This document shows positions 18,870 to 27,894 of a stretch of 42,398 nt of DNA, piece by piece. Position numbers and translations under genes: made by a program. The stretch covers positions 1 to 42,398 of the forward strand of contig CAXXJS010000066.1 in the NCBI GenBank assembly GCA_963662665.2, written 5' to 3'. Every line of letters begins with the position of its first letter. Positions within the stretch are counted from its first letter, which is position 1. Below the pieces are notes generated by a model. It made no database searches. It saw nothing but the letters and a program-made list of their open reading frames with translations, and had not been told where the DNA came from. Origin of the DNA: Candidatus Latescibacterota bacterium (GTDB lineage Bacteria > Latescibacterota > UBA2968 > GCA-2709665).

Positions 18870-19295
18870 ATGATACGAGTATTGTTCCTCTGCACCGGAA
18901 ATTCCTGCAGGAGCCAGATGGCGGAGGGGTTTCTCAGGCACTTGGCGGGAGACCGGTTCGAATCTCTGAGCGCGGGTACCCGGCCCACGACCCTGAATCC
19001 GCTGGCCGTCAGGGCGATGGCCGAAGTCGGAGTCGATATCTCCGGGCAACGATCAAAAGGACCCGATACGATTGAGGGCCTGCCCGTCGACATCGTCGTC
19101 ACTGTGTGCGATCGGGCACGGGGCAACTGCCCGGTCTACCCCGACGCCACTGCGCAGATCCACTGGAGCCTCGACGATCCGGCGGAAGGTTGTGGCGCCC
19201 CGGACCGGAGGATGGTCGTTTTTCGACGGGTCCGAGACGAAATTCAGAGCCGGATTCGGGAATTTCTCGACAACGAAGGGTGTGACTTCCGATAG
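18870..19295 (+). CDS. arsC: Thioredoxin-coupled arsenate reductase (LMW-PTP fold)
   Basis: CTGNSCRSQMAEG P-loop, resolving pair VCDRARGNCP, HWSLDDP, FRRVRDEI. An alternative TTG at 18849 overlaps the upstream stop. Confidence 0.88.
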   Translation: MIRVLFLCTGNSCRSQMAEGFLRHLAGDRFESLSAGTRPTTLNPLAVRAMAEVGVDISGQRSKGPDTIEGLPVDIVVTVCDRARGNCPVYPDATAQIHWSLDDPAEGCGAPDRRMVVFRRVRDEIQSRIREFLDNEGCDFR

Positions 19296-19386
19296 GTCAG
19301 GCCGGGAACGTATCGGGGCCGGCCGCTTTACTCGGCCGACCCCGTCGTACGGCTTCCATATGGTAATGAACGCGGATCACTGACTC

Positions 19387-20400
19387 TCAAGTCAACTCAC
19401 CGCCGCAACTGCTTCCCGCCCCTGCGGTGCAACCGTAGCAGTGGTCGGCAATCCGGATCCTCCTGTCGATCAACCACCCCGGCGACACTTCCCACAGTTT
19501 TTTCGGCTGACCGGACAGATGCATTTCCAGCATCTGGTTGAAATCGCAGTCGTAGATGTTGCCTTCCCAGTCTACGCTGACGAGAAACCGGCACATCAGC
19601 TGATCGATCGTTTCCGCGTTGAATGTGTCCTGCAGTATCCGCGCGTAGTCCTCGTACTCCCCCCGACGCCGCAAATAGTCGTTGAACCGGCTGATCGGCA
19701 TATTGGTAATCGTAAACAGGCGGTTGAACGATATACCGTAACGCTCTCCCAGAACCCGCTTATAATCCGCCTCGAGTTCGGCCTGCGGCGGCGGTAACGA
19801 GGCGCCAACCGGATTGTATACCAGATGAAGTTGCAGGTCTGTATCCTGCCCGCCATATCCGATGGAATTGAGGCGTTGGAGAGCTTCGATGCTATCGTAA
19901 AACACGCCTTTCCCACGCTGCTGATCGACGTTCTCCTCCAGATAGCAGGGCAATGAGCAGACCAGATCGACCTCGTGTTCGCGGTAGAATTCAGGCAGAT
20001 ATTCCATGCCGGGTTCGAAAATCACCGTTAGATTGCACCGTACCATCACATCCCGACCAAGTCGTCTGACCTGTGTCACCAGAAATCGAAAATGAGGATT
20101 TACCTCCGGGGCTCCTCCGGTAATATCCACCATCGGAATATCCGATGCGGCGAGAAACGTCAGGATCGAACGCATCGTGTCGCGAGTCATCACTTCTGTC
20201 CGATTCGGACCGGCATCCACGTGGCAGTGCCTGCACGCCTGATTGCACAGCTTCCCCACGTTGATCTGAAGCGTTTCCAGTTTCTCGCGCCGAAGATCGA
20301 CACGCTCACGCCTCAAACGCGACCCAAACGATATTCCGTTGCCCGTTACGTCGGACTGTCCGCCCGGTTGAATCGCCAGCAGTTCCGGTGGCGCTCCCAT
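19387..20400 (-). CDS. arsS: ArsS-family radical SAM protein (DUF3641; arsenosugar biosynthesis family)
   Basis: LQINVGKLCNQACRHCHV, DITGGAPE, SLPCY, LVYNP, MCR, YDCDFNQML, C-terminal HCYGCTAGAGSSCGG. Confidence 0.9.
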   Translation of the reverse strand: MGAPPELLAIQPGGQSDVTGNGISFGSRLRRERVDLRREKLETLQINVGKLCNQACRHCHVDAGPNRTEVMTRDTMRSILTFLAASDIPMVDITGGAPEVNPHFRFLVTQVRRLGRDVMVRCNLTVIFEPGMEYLPEFYREHEVDLVCSLPCYLEENVDQQRGKGVFYDSIEALQRLNSIGYGGQDTDLQLHLVYNPVGASLPPPQAELEADYKRVLGERYGISFNRLFTITNMPISRFNDYLRRRGEYEDYARILQDTFNAETIDQLMCRFLVSVDWEGNIYDCDFNQMLEMHLSGQPKKLWEVSPGWLIDRRIRIADHCYGCTAGAGSSCGGELT

Positions 20401-20525
20401 GGGCCTCTCCTTTGTTTAAACAATAGACCGGCAGTTTTCCTCTATTCACCCGTCTGTACCCGTTGAGCCGACTTGCTCGGCGGTATCGCCGAATTACGGC
20501 GCAGCACAAAAGGGATGTGATTGGA

Positions 20526-21398
20526 TTAACGGATTGCGTCCTGGTGCAATGCCCGGTCGTTGAGCGTCCAATCGTACCGCAGGTATCGCACGGTTACCCG
20601 CGGGTGCGTATCCAGAAATGAGCGATCTTGCTCGGCAAGATAGATTTTCAGGTAATCCGTGATTCGAGCGTCGTCCACCTGGTAGGTACGTTTGTACCAG
20701 CCGATGAAATCTCCTTCGAACCATTCGAGAATTTTCGATAGGATTAACGTCCCGCTGTCTCGGTCCACCTTGACATGCAGGGGATCGAGGATAAAGTCCC
20801 GAACGGCAGCCTCCAACTGATTCTCGAGCTGCTCGGAGCGGAATGCTTCCGGCCGTAACGCGGGGCAGGATGCAGCGGCGCAGTTCAGAGCGGCATGGAT
20901 TCGAGGATCTCCGAACCGCTTCCTGATGATTTTGTGTTCAATTTCGTCCAGCGAATAGGACTTTCCACCGAGGACATGGTATACCTTGAAGAATCCGGGC
21001 TGTGGATGGATTGATTTGACGCTCGTTACGGGGTACGCATTGACCACCCCGCTGATCACAAGCGTATTGTATGCGTTGATCCAATATGCCAGCCGATCTT
21101 CCCGCCTCGGAAAAACGGCGGGATGGCTCTCCGGGCTTACTTCCCTCAACCGGCGCAATTGAAGCCGTAGTTCGTTCGGCTCTGCCTTTATAGCGGCGTA
21201 GTCAACCCATCCCCTTGAATCCACAACCCTGCCCAACAGGCGGTTAAGGGATTCGAAATCGAACGCAGTTGCGTCTCCACTCCAGGCGGCTGCCGACCAC
21301 CACGCGATCAGCAGGATCGACAACAGCGCACAACGGGACGCCTTCGAGCCCGCGTACCGACCCACCATCGGATTGAACGTTTTCAATTTGCGCTTCAT
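20526..21398 (-). CDS. DUF547 domain exported protein
   Basis: Signal peptide ending AAAWS; VDY, LAYWINAYN, SLDEIEH, DPRIHAALNCAAASCP, LSKILEWF, YDWTLN. Confidence 0.88.
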   Translation of the reverse strand: MKRKLKTFNPMVGRYAGSKASRCALLSILLIAWWSAAAWSGDATAFDFESLNRLLGRVVDSRGWVDYAAIKAEPNELRLQLRRLREVSPESHPAVFPRREDRLAYWINAYNTLVISGVVNAYPVTSVKSIHPQPGFFKVYHVLGGKSYSLDEIEHKIIRKRFGDPRIHAALNCAAASCPALRPEAFRSEQLENQLEAAVRDFILDPLHVKVDRDSGTLILSKILEWFEGDFIGWYKRTYQVDDARITDYLKIYLAEQDRSFLDTHPRVTVRYLRYDWTLNDRALHQDAIR

Positions 21399-21586
21399 TT
21401 TCGCCCGCCTGTGCGCCTGCGATCTTTTTAAAGAGCGAAATGGCAATCTGATTCAGGCGCGGTCCCGGTCAAATACCTCTTCCGGATAGTCGTCTCATCG
21501 GGCCGTTACACCGTCGTATCACGGAATCACAATCGGCAGGTGAGGCCAGGTGTGAAAACAGCGTCGGCATCTCCAGCCGTTTGAAA

Positions 21587-22963
21587 TCACTCCAACTTCC
21601 GGTCGAAGAAGGTCAGATAGGGTTTCCCTTCCATTTCACGCTTAAGCAGTACCGCCAGTTCCAGTGCGTGATAGTCTCCCCACATGGAGGCTTCTCCGTT
21701 CGGCACTCGCTGCGCCGCCCCGCGACGGTCCCAGCCATTCGGCCGGTGATATACCGAATGCAGGATCAGACCCTGGTGATCCTTATCATCGGAGAGATAC
21801 GGGGCGTCGAACAGTGTACGTGCAACCGTTAACGCCGCCTTCCTGTATGACGCGCCGGCCTCGCCATCGAGATACTTGCCCAGCCGGTACAGGCCCTGCG
21901 CCGCGATCGCAGCCGCAGAGCTGTCCACGGGTTCGAACTCATTGAACGGGTCCGCCGACCGACCGAGAAAGTCCCCCATCCGGGCCAACCCGGGAGCACC
22001 GGTATCCCAGTACGGAATACCGTCTGCCGCGGACGCTCCTTCTATGTAGTAATCGGCCGCCGCCGTCGCGGCCCGGGTCATGAATCCCTTGACGTGGTCG
22101 CGACCGCCGCACTCCGAAAGGTCCCTATCCGCCAGGACGTCGAGGAATTCGAGTAATTCGGCATATCCCGTAACCACCCATGCGAGGCCCCGCGTCCACG
22201 TGGAAAAGGGCGAGTATCCCTGTTGGGTGCCTGGACAACGGTATTTCCCGTCCTCCACGTTGAAAATGGACTCATGCGCGACCCGCCCTCGAACGTCGTA
22301 TGTATCGCGCCCCTCGCCGTAATACACATTGAACCGCGCCGTTGTTTCCGCATGCCGGATCATCCGATCCAGGAGCGAAACCACCACGTCGTTTTCCCCC
22401 ATCAACACGTGGCCCAGACAATGGGCGAGTCCCAGGGACCGGCAGGTGCGGATCGTGTCGGAAAACAACGAATGGGCGCCGTTGAAGGAAGGTATAAACC
22501 CCTTCCCGTCTCGAATCGCGGTCCAGCGGGCACCTTGTACCGCACCGGATGCTTTCAGGGCAAGTTCGTAAAAGTGCCGCTCCCACGGGTCGACCGGAAT
22601 CGCGCCTTCAAGCATCAGACGCCTGAGGTTGCCGTAGGTTGATACGTTGTTGAATCCGTGGTCATGCACACCCGTATGGGTCACGTGTGCCGCCATCCGA
22701 TCTACGGTCCCGCGTCGACCGATTTCCAGATACTGCTTCTCTCCCGACGCGTCGAACAGCAAAATTGCGCAGCCGAACTGGAATCCCTGCGTCCACTCCG
22801 TCCAACCCCTTGTGGTGTATTTTCCGTCAACCGTATAAACCGGCGCCCCGCGCCCGGGATCCCATGTCTCGGAAACGGACATGACTTTTCCTGCTGCGAG
22901 ATCGAAACACCGGTCCAGTCCGGCATCCAGATTCCTCAGGCCGATGGAAGGATCAACGCGCAT
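21587..22963 (-). CDS. Glycoside hydrolase family 88-like (unsaturated glucuronyl hydrolase)
   Basis: WTQGF, HDHGF, TQQGYSPFSTWTRGLAW, PYWD, DSSAAAIAA, WGDY. No signal peptide. Confidence 0.82.
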   Translation of the reverse strand: MRVDPSIGLRNLDAGLDRCFDLAAGKVMSVSETWDPGRGAPVYTVDGKYTTRGWTEWTQGFQFGCAILLFDASGEKQYLEIGRRGTVDRMAAHVTHTGVHDHGFNNVSTYGNLRRLMLEGAIPVDPWERHFYELALKASGAVQGARWTAIRDGKGFIPSFNGAHSLFSDTIRTCRSLGLAHCLGHVLMGENDVVVSLLDRMIRHAETTARFNVYYGEGRDTYDVRGRVAHESIFNVEDGKYRCPGTQQGYSPFSTWTRGLAWVVTGYAELLEFLDVLADRDLSECGGRDHVKGFMTRAATAAADYYIEGASAADGIPYWDTGAPGLARMGDFLGRSADPFNEFEPVDSSAAAIAAQGLYRLGKYLDGEAGASYRKAALTVARTLFDAPYLSDDKDHQGLILHSVYHRPNGWDRRGAAQRVPNGEASMWGDYHALELAVLLKREMEGKPYLTFFDRKLE

Positions 22964-23105
22964 GACGTCTCCTCAAAACACCGGGTTCCGGCCGGTACCC
23001 CGATTCGCCGCCCCGATCGTCCATGTTGCGTGCCATTATACGTGTGTCCTTCCGCATTCGGCGCGAGTCCGTTCGACGCCGGGACCGAGCGCCTGAGTAT
23101 TTCAA

Positions 23106-23123
23106 GGCATTTTCGGAAATGCC
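23106..23123 (-). terminator. Hairpin downstream of the lipoprotein gene
   Basis: GGCATTT-TCGG-AAATGCC, a perfect 7-bp stem 7 nt past the stop codon; the U tract is weak. Confidence 0.35.
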
Positions 23124-23130
23124 AGCGGGG

Positions 23131-23466
23131 TTATTGTTTTGTATAGACAAATTCCGTGCCATCTTGCGCGAACAGCGTTAGTTCCTGTTTGCCCACCGAA
23201 AATCCGAAATCCTGGCCGTCAAGGAACAGCGTGCGATTCTCTATTCGCCAGTTTCCTGTTGACGTCAATTGGCTTCCGTCGAAGATTGTATTAATAAACG
23301 TGTAAATCCCGTCGCTTTCGAAGACCAGCGTATAATCCACCGTTACGGGCTCGTTCCTCGCGCGGGACAACTTCCACGTACCAAGTATTGCATCTTCAGG
23401 AGCCACCGGAACGTCGCCGCAGCAAAGAAGCGGGAGGAGAACGGCCAACATACAGAACGCACTCAT
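23131..23466 (-). CDS. Small putative lipoprotein, lipocalin-like beta-barrel
   Basis: Hydrophobic leader ending LLCCGD; ILGTWKL and TGNWRI motifs, C-terminal YTK. Confidence 0.65.
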   Translation of the reverse strand: MSAFCMLAVLLPLLCCGDVPVAPEDAILGTWKLSRARNEPVTVDYTLVFESDGIYTFINTIFDGSQLTSTGNWRIENRTLFLDGQDFGFSVGKQELTLFAQDGTEFVYTKQ

Positions 23467-23661
23467 CGTCCTGAGGCGTCCATGTTTTCGTGCGGGGCGG
23501 CGACGTCGTGCATCGGACGCGCGAATTTTCGACCGTGTCTGTGGAATCCGAACGGTACGCCGACATTCGAAGAAATCAGTGATAGTTACCGAACCTTTCT
23601 CAAGAAACCATTCCCATGAAACGATGTCGTCGGTTCGAGGCTGTTGCAGGCAACCGCGGGA

Positions 23662-24534
23662 TCAGTTCCCGGACACAAGCAGGCGCTTCAGGTACTGGCA
23701 ATACGCATTCTCCTTCGAATAGTTCGCGATATTCTCGAGTTGCCCCTCGTCGATGTACCCCTTTCGAAAAGCGATCTCTTCAAGGCACGCGATTTTCAAC
23801 CCTTGCCTGTTTTCGACGATCTGCACGAAATTGCTCGCTTCCAGCAGGCTCTCGTGGGTTCCCGTGTCCAGATACGCAATTCCTCTTCCCAGCAACTGGA
23901 CCCGCAATCTGCCCCGTCTGAGATATTCGTTGTTAATGTCGGTGATTTCCAATTCTCCGCGGTCCGAAGGCTTCAACCCTTTTGCTATTTCCACCACGTT
24001 CTCGTCGTAAAAATAGAGTCCGGTAACCGCATAATTGGACCTCGGACGTTCGGGTTTTTCTTCAATACCCACGACGTTCATTCGGGTGTCGAATTCAACC
24101 ACACCGTATCTTTCGGGATCCTGCACGTAATACGCGAAAACCAACCCGCCCTCTTCAAGTTTACCGGCCTGCTCCAGCAATCCGGAAAGCCCGTGGCCGT
24201 AAAAGAAATTGTCCCCGAATATGAGCGCACATGGTCCTCCATCTATAAATTCCTCTCCAATGAGAAACGATTGCGCGACGCCCTCGGGACGAGGCTGGAT
24301 TGCGTAGTCGAACCGCACACCCAGGCGGCTGCCGTCACCCAACAGGCTCTGGTAAAGCTCGATATGCTCAGGCGACGAAATAACCAGGAATTCGCGGATA
24401 TCGGCCAACATCAGCACCGACAGCGGGTAGTAGATCATGGGTTTGTCGAAGATGGGTATAATCTGTTTCGATATTGAAATCGTGAGCGGGTACAGCCTGG
24501 TTCCCAGCCCTCCGGACAGAATGATACCTTTCAT
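23662..24534 (-). CDS. rfbA: Glucose-1-phosphate thymidylyltransferase
   Basis: [61 protein letters not shown]. True start is ATG 24534; the ORF-track extension is not homologous. Confidence 0.96.
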   Translation of the reverse strand: MKGIILSGGLGTRLYPLTISISKQIIPIFDKPMIYYPLSVLMLADIREFLVISSPEHIELYQSLLGDGSRLGVRFDYAIQPRPEGVAQSFLIGEEFIDGGPCALIFGDNFFYGHGLSGLLEQAGKLEEGGLVFAYYVQDPERYGVVEFDTRMNVVGIEEKPERPRSNYAVTGLYFYDENVVEIAKGLKPSDRGELEITDINNEYLRRGRLRVQLLGRGIAYLDTGTHESLLEASNFVQIVENRQGLKIACLEEIAFRKGYIDEGQLENIANYSKENAYCQYLKRLLVSGN

Positions 24535-24710
24535 CGGTCCGCCTTTCCATACGATTAATGACAGCGCGCGCTTCGCCGGCGCGTATTGGGTTTCCGGCGT
24601 CTGTGAGTGGAACCACCTCGACTGTCCCGCTGAAAGCGACCACCCGGTCTGCACCCGGGTTCCGTGGCCGAAATACTGCACTGCCCGGCCTGGCCTGACG
24701 AACGTCTCTT

Positions 24711-26030
24711 TCAACCCACCGCTACGGGTTCCTGCTGATTCTGCGTCATCGAAGTGGGTAACCGGTACACGGTTTCCCCGGTCCTGTTGCAGAAATAGAG
24801 ACGGGATTCAGATTGTTCCCGTGCATGCCCATCCGCCCAGAAAGCATAGAAATCCGGGTGCGCGTTAACGGGTCGGCGCACGTAGGTGTGGTTGTACTTG
24901 CTGTTTCGGGTCGCCTGGCGGACCTTCTCCCAAGTGGCTCCCTCATCGGCGCTTGTCCACACCGCCACTTCCCCGCCTGTGTTGTAAGGTTGTGGACCCT
25001 TCCCCGTGGGCGCGACAATCCGCCAGGTCCCATCCGGTTCTATATGGAGCCCCCCGGCGTCGTAGTTATTGTCCGACCGGAACGCGTTCTTGACATCCCA
25101 GTCATTACCCGTCCACCGTAACGTCGTCCATATGCGCGGGTCGTTATGGGGGCCTGTCTCCATCCCCCGGCTGGTGAGAATCAGGATGACGGGATGTCCG
25201 TGGTCGTCGAAGTTCAGGTCCTTCACGAACACCTGAAGGCCCTCTTTCTCGTAGTAACGGACGATCGCATCATTGTGGTGGTTCTCAAGGGGGAGGTCCA
25301 TCTGCTCTCCCCCGGCATTCCGCCAGGTTTCGCCGAAATCGTCGGTCTGGAGGTAATACAGGTTGGTCCTGGGCGGTCCGGGCTTTCTGACAGGATGATA
25401 GTTGAATGCGGTGCCCACACGCTTTCCCGCCCGCCAACTGACCTGGTAGTGTCCCTGGCAGATCCTGGCGAGTACTTTGGGATCGGACCAGTTTACACCG
25501 TCCTGGCTGACTATTGAGTAGAGGAATCTGCCGCCCAGGTACCTGGTGTGCAGGAACAGAAATCCATTACCGTCAAGGTGCCATGGCTGGGGATATGAGA
25601 AATTGGTCTTCAGAACGCATTCGAAGGCATCCACGGAGTAGGGCTTGTCGCTCCTGTAAACGTAGGCGGGCCGGACCGTCCCGTGGGCGCTCACGAAGAC
25701 CCAGACATAGCCCTCTTCGTCCAGCATAAGGACAGGGTTGTCGTGAGCGTCGGCCGTGCCCTTGTCCATAAGGATCGTGGGCCGCGGAACCGTCCCCGTG
25801 GTGTGATCGTAATAGGAAACCATCGCAAGGATCCGGTTCTTGTCCCGGTACGTCCCGCCGTAACAGAAGAACGTCTTATGCGCCGTTTCCGAATAGTATG
25901 CAAGCGGAATGTGTTTGGCGGTATAGGTCGCGAATCCGCCGCTGTAATAGACGTATCTGTACTCGCTGTCCACGGGCGAGTCCCACCACCAGATCCCCCG
26001 ATAACCGTCATCCGTGTCACATTTCCCCAT
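24711..26030 (-). CDS. BNR-4 repeat beta-propeller protein (putative polysaccharide lyase/hydrolase)
   Basis: [31 protein letters not shown]; Asp-boxes [23 protein letters not shown]. Confidence 0.75.
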   Translation of the reverse strand: MGKCDTDDGYRGIWWWDSPVDSEYRYVYYSGGFATYTAKHIPLAYYSETAHKTFFCYGGTYRDKNRILAMVSYYDHTTGTVPRPTILMDKGTADAHDNPVLMLDEEGYVWVFVSAHGTVRPAYVYRSDKPYSVDAFECVLKTNFSYPQPWHLDGNGFLFLHTRYLGGRFLYSIVSQDGVNWSDPKVLARICQGHYQVSWRAGKRVGTAFNYHPVRKPGPPRTNLYYLQTDDFGETWRNAGGEQMDLPLENHHNDAIVRYYEKEGLQVFVKDLNFDDHGHPVILILTSRGMETGPHNDPRIWTTLRWTGNDWDVKNAFRSDNNYDAGGLHIEPDGTWRIVAPTGKGPQPYNTGGEVAVWTSADEGATWEKVRQATRNSKYNHTYVRRPVNAHPDFYAFWADGHAREQSESRLYFCNRTGETVYRLPTSMTQNQQEPVAVG

Positions 26031-26175
26031 AGGCACTTCCTATTCAACCAGTTGCTTTCCAAAAACTTCAATATAAATATTCGAGTTATGATTTAATGCA
26101 TTGCGATACATCGCGACACTATCGCATCCCTGACGTTGAGGGAGGCGATCTGGTCGGTTGCGCTGCAGCTTCTGT

Positions 26176-27894
26176 TCAACCGTCTTTGTCTGCGTACGCT
26201 TCTCTGACAGATTCCGTGGCGGCCCCGTCCACCCGCCAATGCAGCGTGTCTATAACCACACCGTACACTTCCCGGGCGGCTTTCGGCGAAACGCGGCCCT
26301 GCAGCACGTCGTTCAGCACCCGCTCGGGATCACGGGCCATGGGAGAAAAATAACCGCCTCCGCCAGGCAATCTCAGCGTTACCGTCTGTTCCGGCTGAAG
26401 TTCGTATTTCCCCTTCGGATGCGGCCGGGTGCCGCTTGAAAGGATTATCTCGCCGACGGCGCCGTTTCCCCCACCCTGAAAACCGCGCGCCGGGCTCCTG
26501 GTGCGGTCATACATACAGGAATGCAGCACGGCCGAATCGGTATCCATTTTCAACACCATCTCCTGCCCCAACCCGCCGCGGAAACGGCCCGCGCCGCCAG
26601 AATCCGGGCGCAACTCCCGTTTCAGCATCAGCACGGGCGAAACCGCCTCGATGGCCTCGGCGGGCACTCCCTTGATACCGCTTGGAAAGGCCGTTGCCGA
26701 AAGTCCGTCTGAAGACGGCCTGGCGCCCATGCCGCCAGCGGAGAAGAAGATGTAGGAAAACACCCGCCCATCCCGGTCAAATCCCTCCAATTGCGTGTTC
26801 CAGAGCCCGGCAGAACCGTCCGCCAGCACCCGTTCGGGGATCGCCCCGGACAGGGCGCCGAATACCGCCTGGGACAGAAAGTGCCCGATCAGGTGCCGGG
26901 CGCCAACGGCGCAGGGAAACCTGGCATTCAGAACACTTCCCTCCGGCGCCGTCACCGTAACCGGCCGGAAACTTCCCGCGTTGTTGGGGACGGACGGGCT
27001 GATTGAACACGCGAGCGGATATGTTGTATACGCGTGCGTGTAGTTGTAGACCACGTTGATTCCACGGTCTACCTGCGGTGACGTGCCGTTGTAGTCTACC
27101 ACGAGATCCCGGTCACTTACGTGAATCGAAATCGAGATCTTCAGCGGATGATCGAAACCGTCGATGACGACTTCATCCTGATACGTACCGTTGGGAATCT
27201 CACCGATCGCGTCACGTGTTGCGGATTCCGAACGATCCAGAATCATTGATGAAAGAGACTCGATGTCCGCCATTTCGTATTCCGTCATCATTTCCGTAAG
27301 CTTGGCGGCACCCACGTCGTTGCCCGCCTGCTGCGCGTAGAGGTCACCCACTACCGCGTCCGGGGTGCGGACATTGGCCCGTACGATTTCCATTAAATCG
27401 CGATTGACCGCGCCCTCACGGAACAGGAACATGATCGGAATATGGAGTCCCTCTTCGAATACCTCGCGTGCATCGGCGCCCAGCGTTCGTCCTCCGATAT
27501 CCATGGCGTGACAGGTGTTCGCGAACCAGCCTACGGCCTTGCCGCGATGAAAAACGGGAGTGACCACGGTTATGTCGTGCAGATGGCCCGAACCCATCCA
27601 GGGATCGTTGGTGAGAAGACTGTCGCCGGGTTTCAGACTGTCTATGGGGTGCGCATTTGCGAAATGACGGACACAGGTCGCCATAGTATTGATGTGCCCC
27701 GGAGTGCCCGTCACCGCCTGTGCAATCATATCGCCGCCCCTGTTGAATATCCCTGCTGACAGGTCGCCGGCTTCCCGGACCACGGTTGTAAAGGAGGCGT
27801 GCATCAGCGCGGCGGCTTGCTCGTTTACAATGGAAATGAGCCGGTTCCACAACACTTCCAGAAGAACAGCGTCCAGCTTTTCCGTAATGATCAT
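26176..27894 (-). CDS. Hydantoinase B/oxoprolinase family subunit
   Basis: LEVLWNRL, VREAGDLS, NDPWMGSGHLHD, DIGG, DSGGAGRFRGGLG, PGGGG. ATG 27894 overlaps the subunit A stop. Confidence 0.93.
   Translation of the reverse strand: MIITEKLDAVLLEVLWNRLISIVNEQAAALMHASFTTVVREAGDLSAGIFNRGGDMIAQAVTGTPGHINTMATCVRHFANAHPIDSLKPGDSLLTNDPWMGSGHLHDITVVTPVFHRGKAVGWFANTCHAMDIGGRTLGADAREVFEEGLHIPIMFLFREGAVNRDLMEIVRANVRTPDAVVGDLYAQQAGNDVGAAKLTEMMTEYEMADIESLSSMILDRSESATRDAIGEIPNGTYQDEVVIDGFDHPLKISISIHVSDRDLVVDYNGTSPQVDRGINVVYNYTHAYTTYPLACSISPSVPNNAGSFRPVTVTAPEGSVLNARFPCAVGARHLIGHFLSQAVFGALSGAIPERVLADGSAGLWNTQLEGFDRDGRVFSYIFFSAGGMGARPSSDGLSATAFPSGIKGVPAEAIEAVSPVLMLKRELRPDSGGAGRFRGGLGQEMVLKMDTDSAVLHSCMYDRTRSPARGFQGGGNGAVGEIILSSGTRPHPKGKYELQPEQTVTLRLPGGGGYFSPMARDPERVLNDVLQGRVSPKAAREVYGVVIDTLHWRVDGAATESVREAYADKDG

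Noticed and set aside
19387-19420. Possible selenocysteine in ArsS, since some family members are selenoproteins
   Set aside because: The C-terminal motif is encoded with Cys (GSSCGG), and the TGA falls where the family normally ends.
24535-24714. 60-aa N-terminal extension on RfbA in the ORF track
   Set aside because: Homology begins at MKGIIL, with an RBS-like GAAAGG before ATG 24534; the extension looks like an open intergenic frame.
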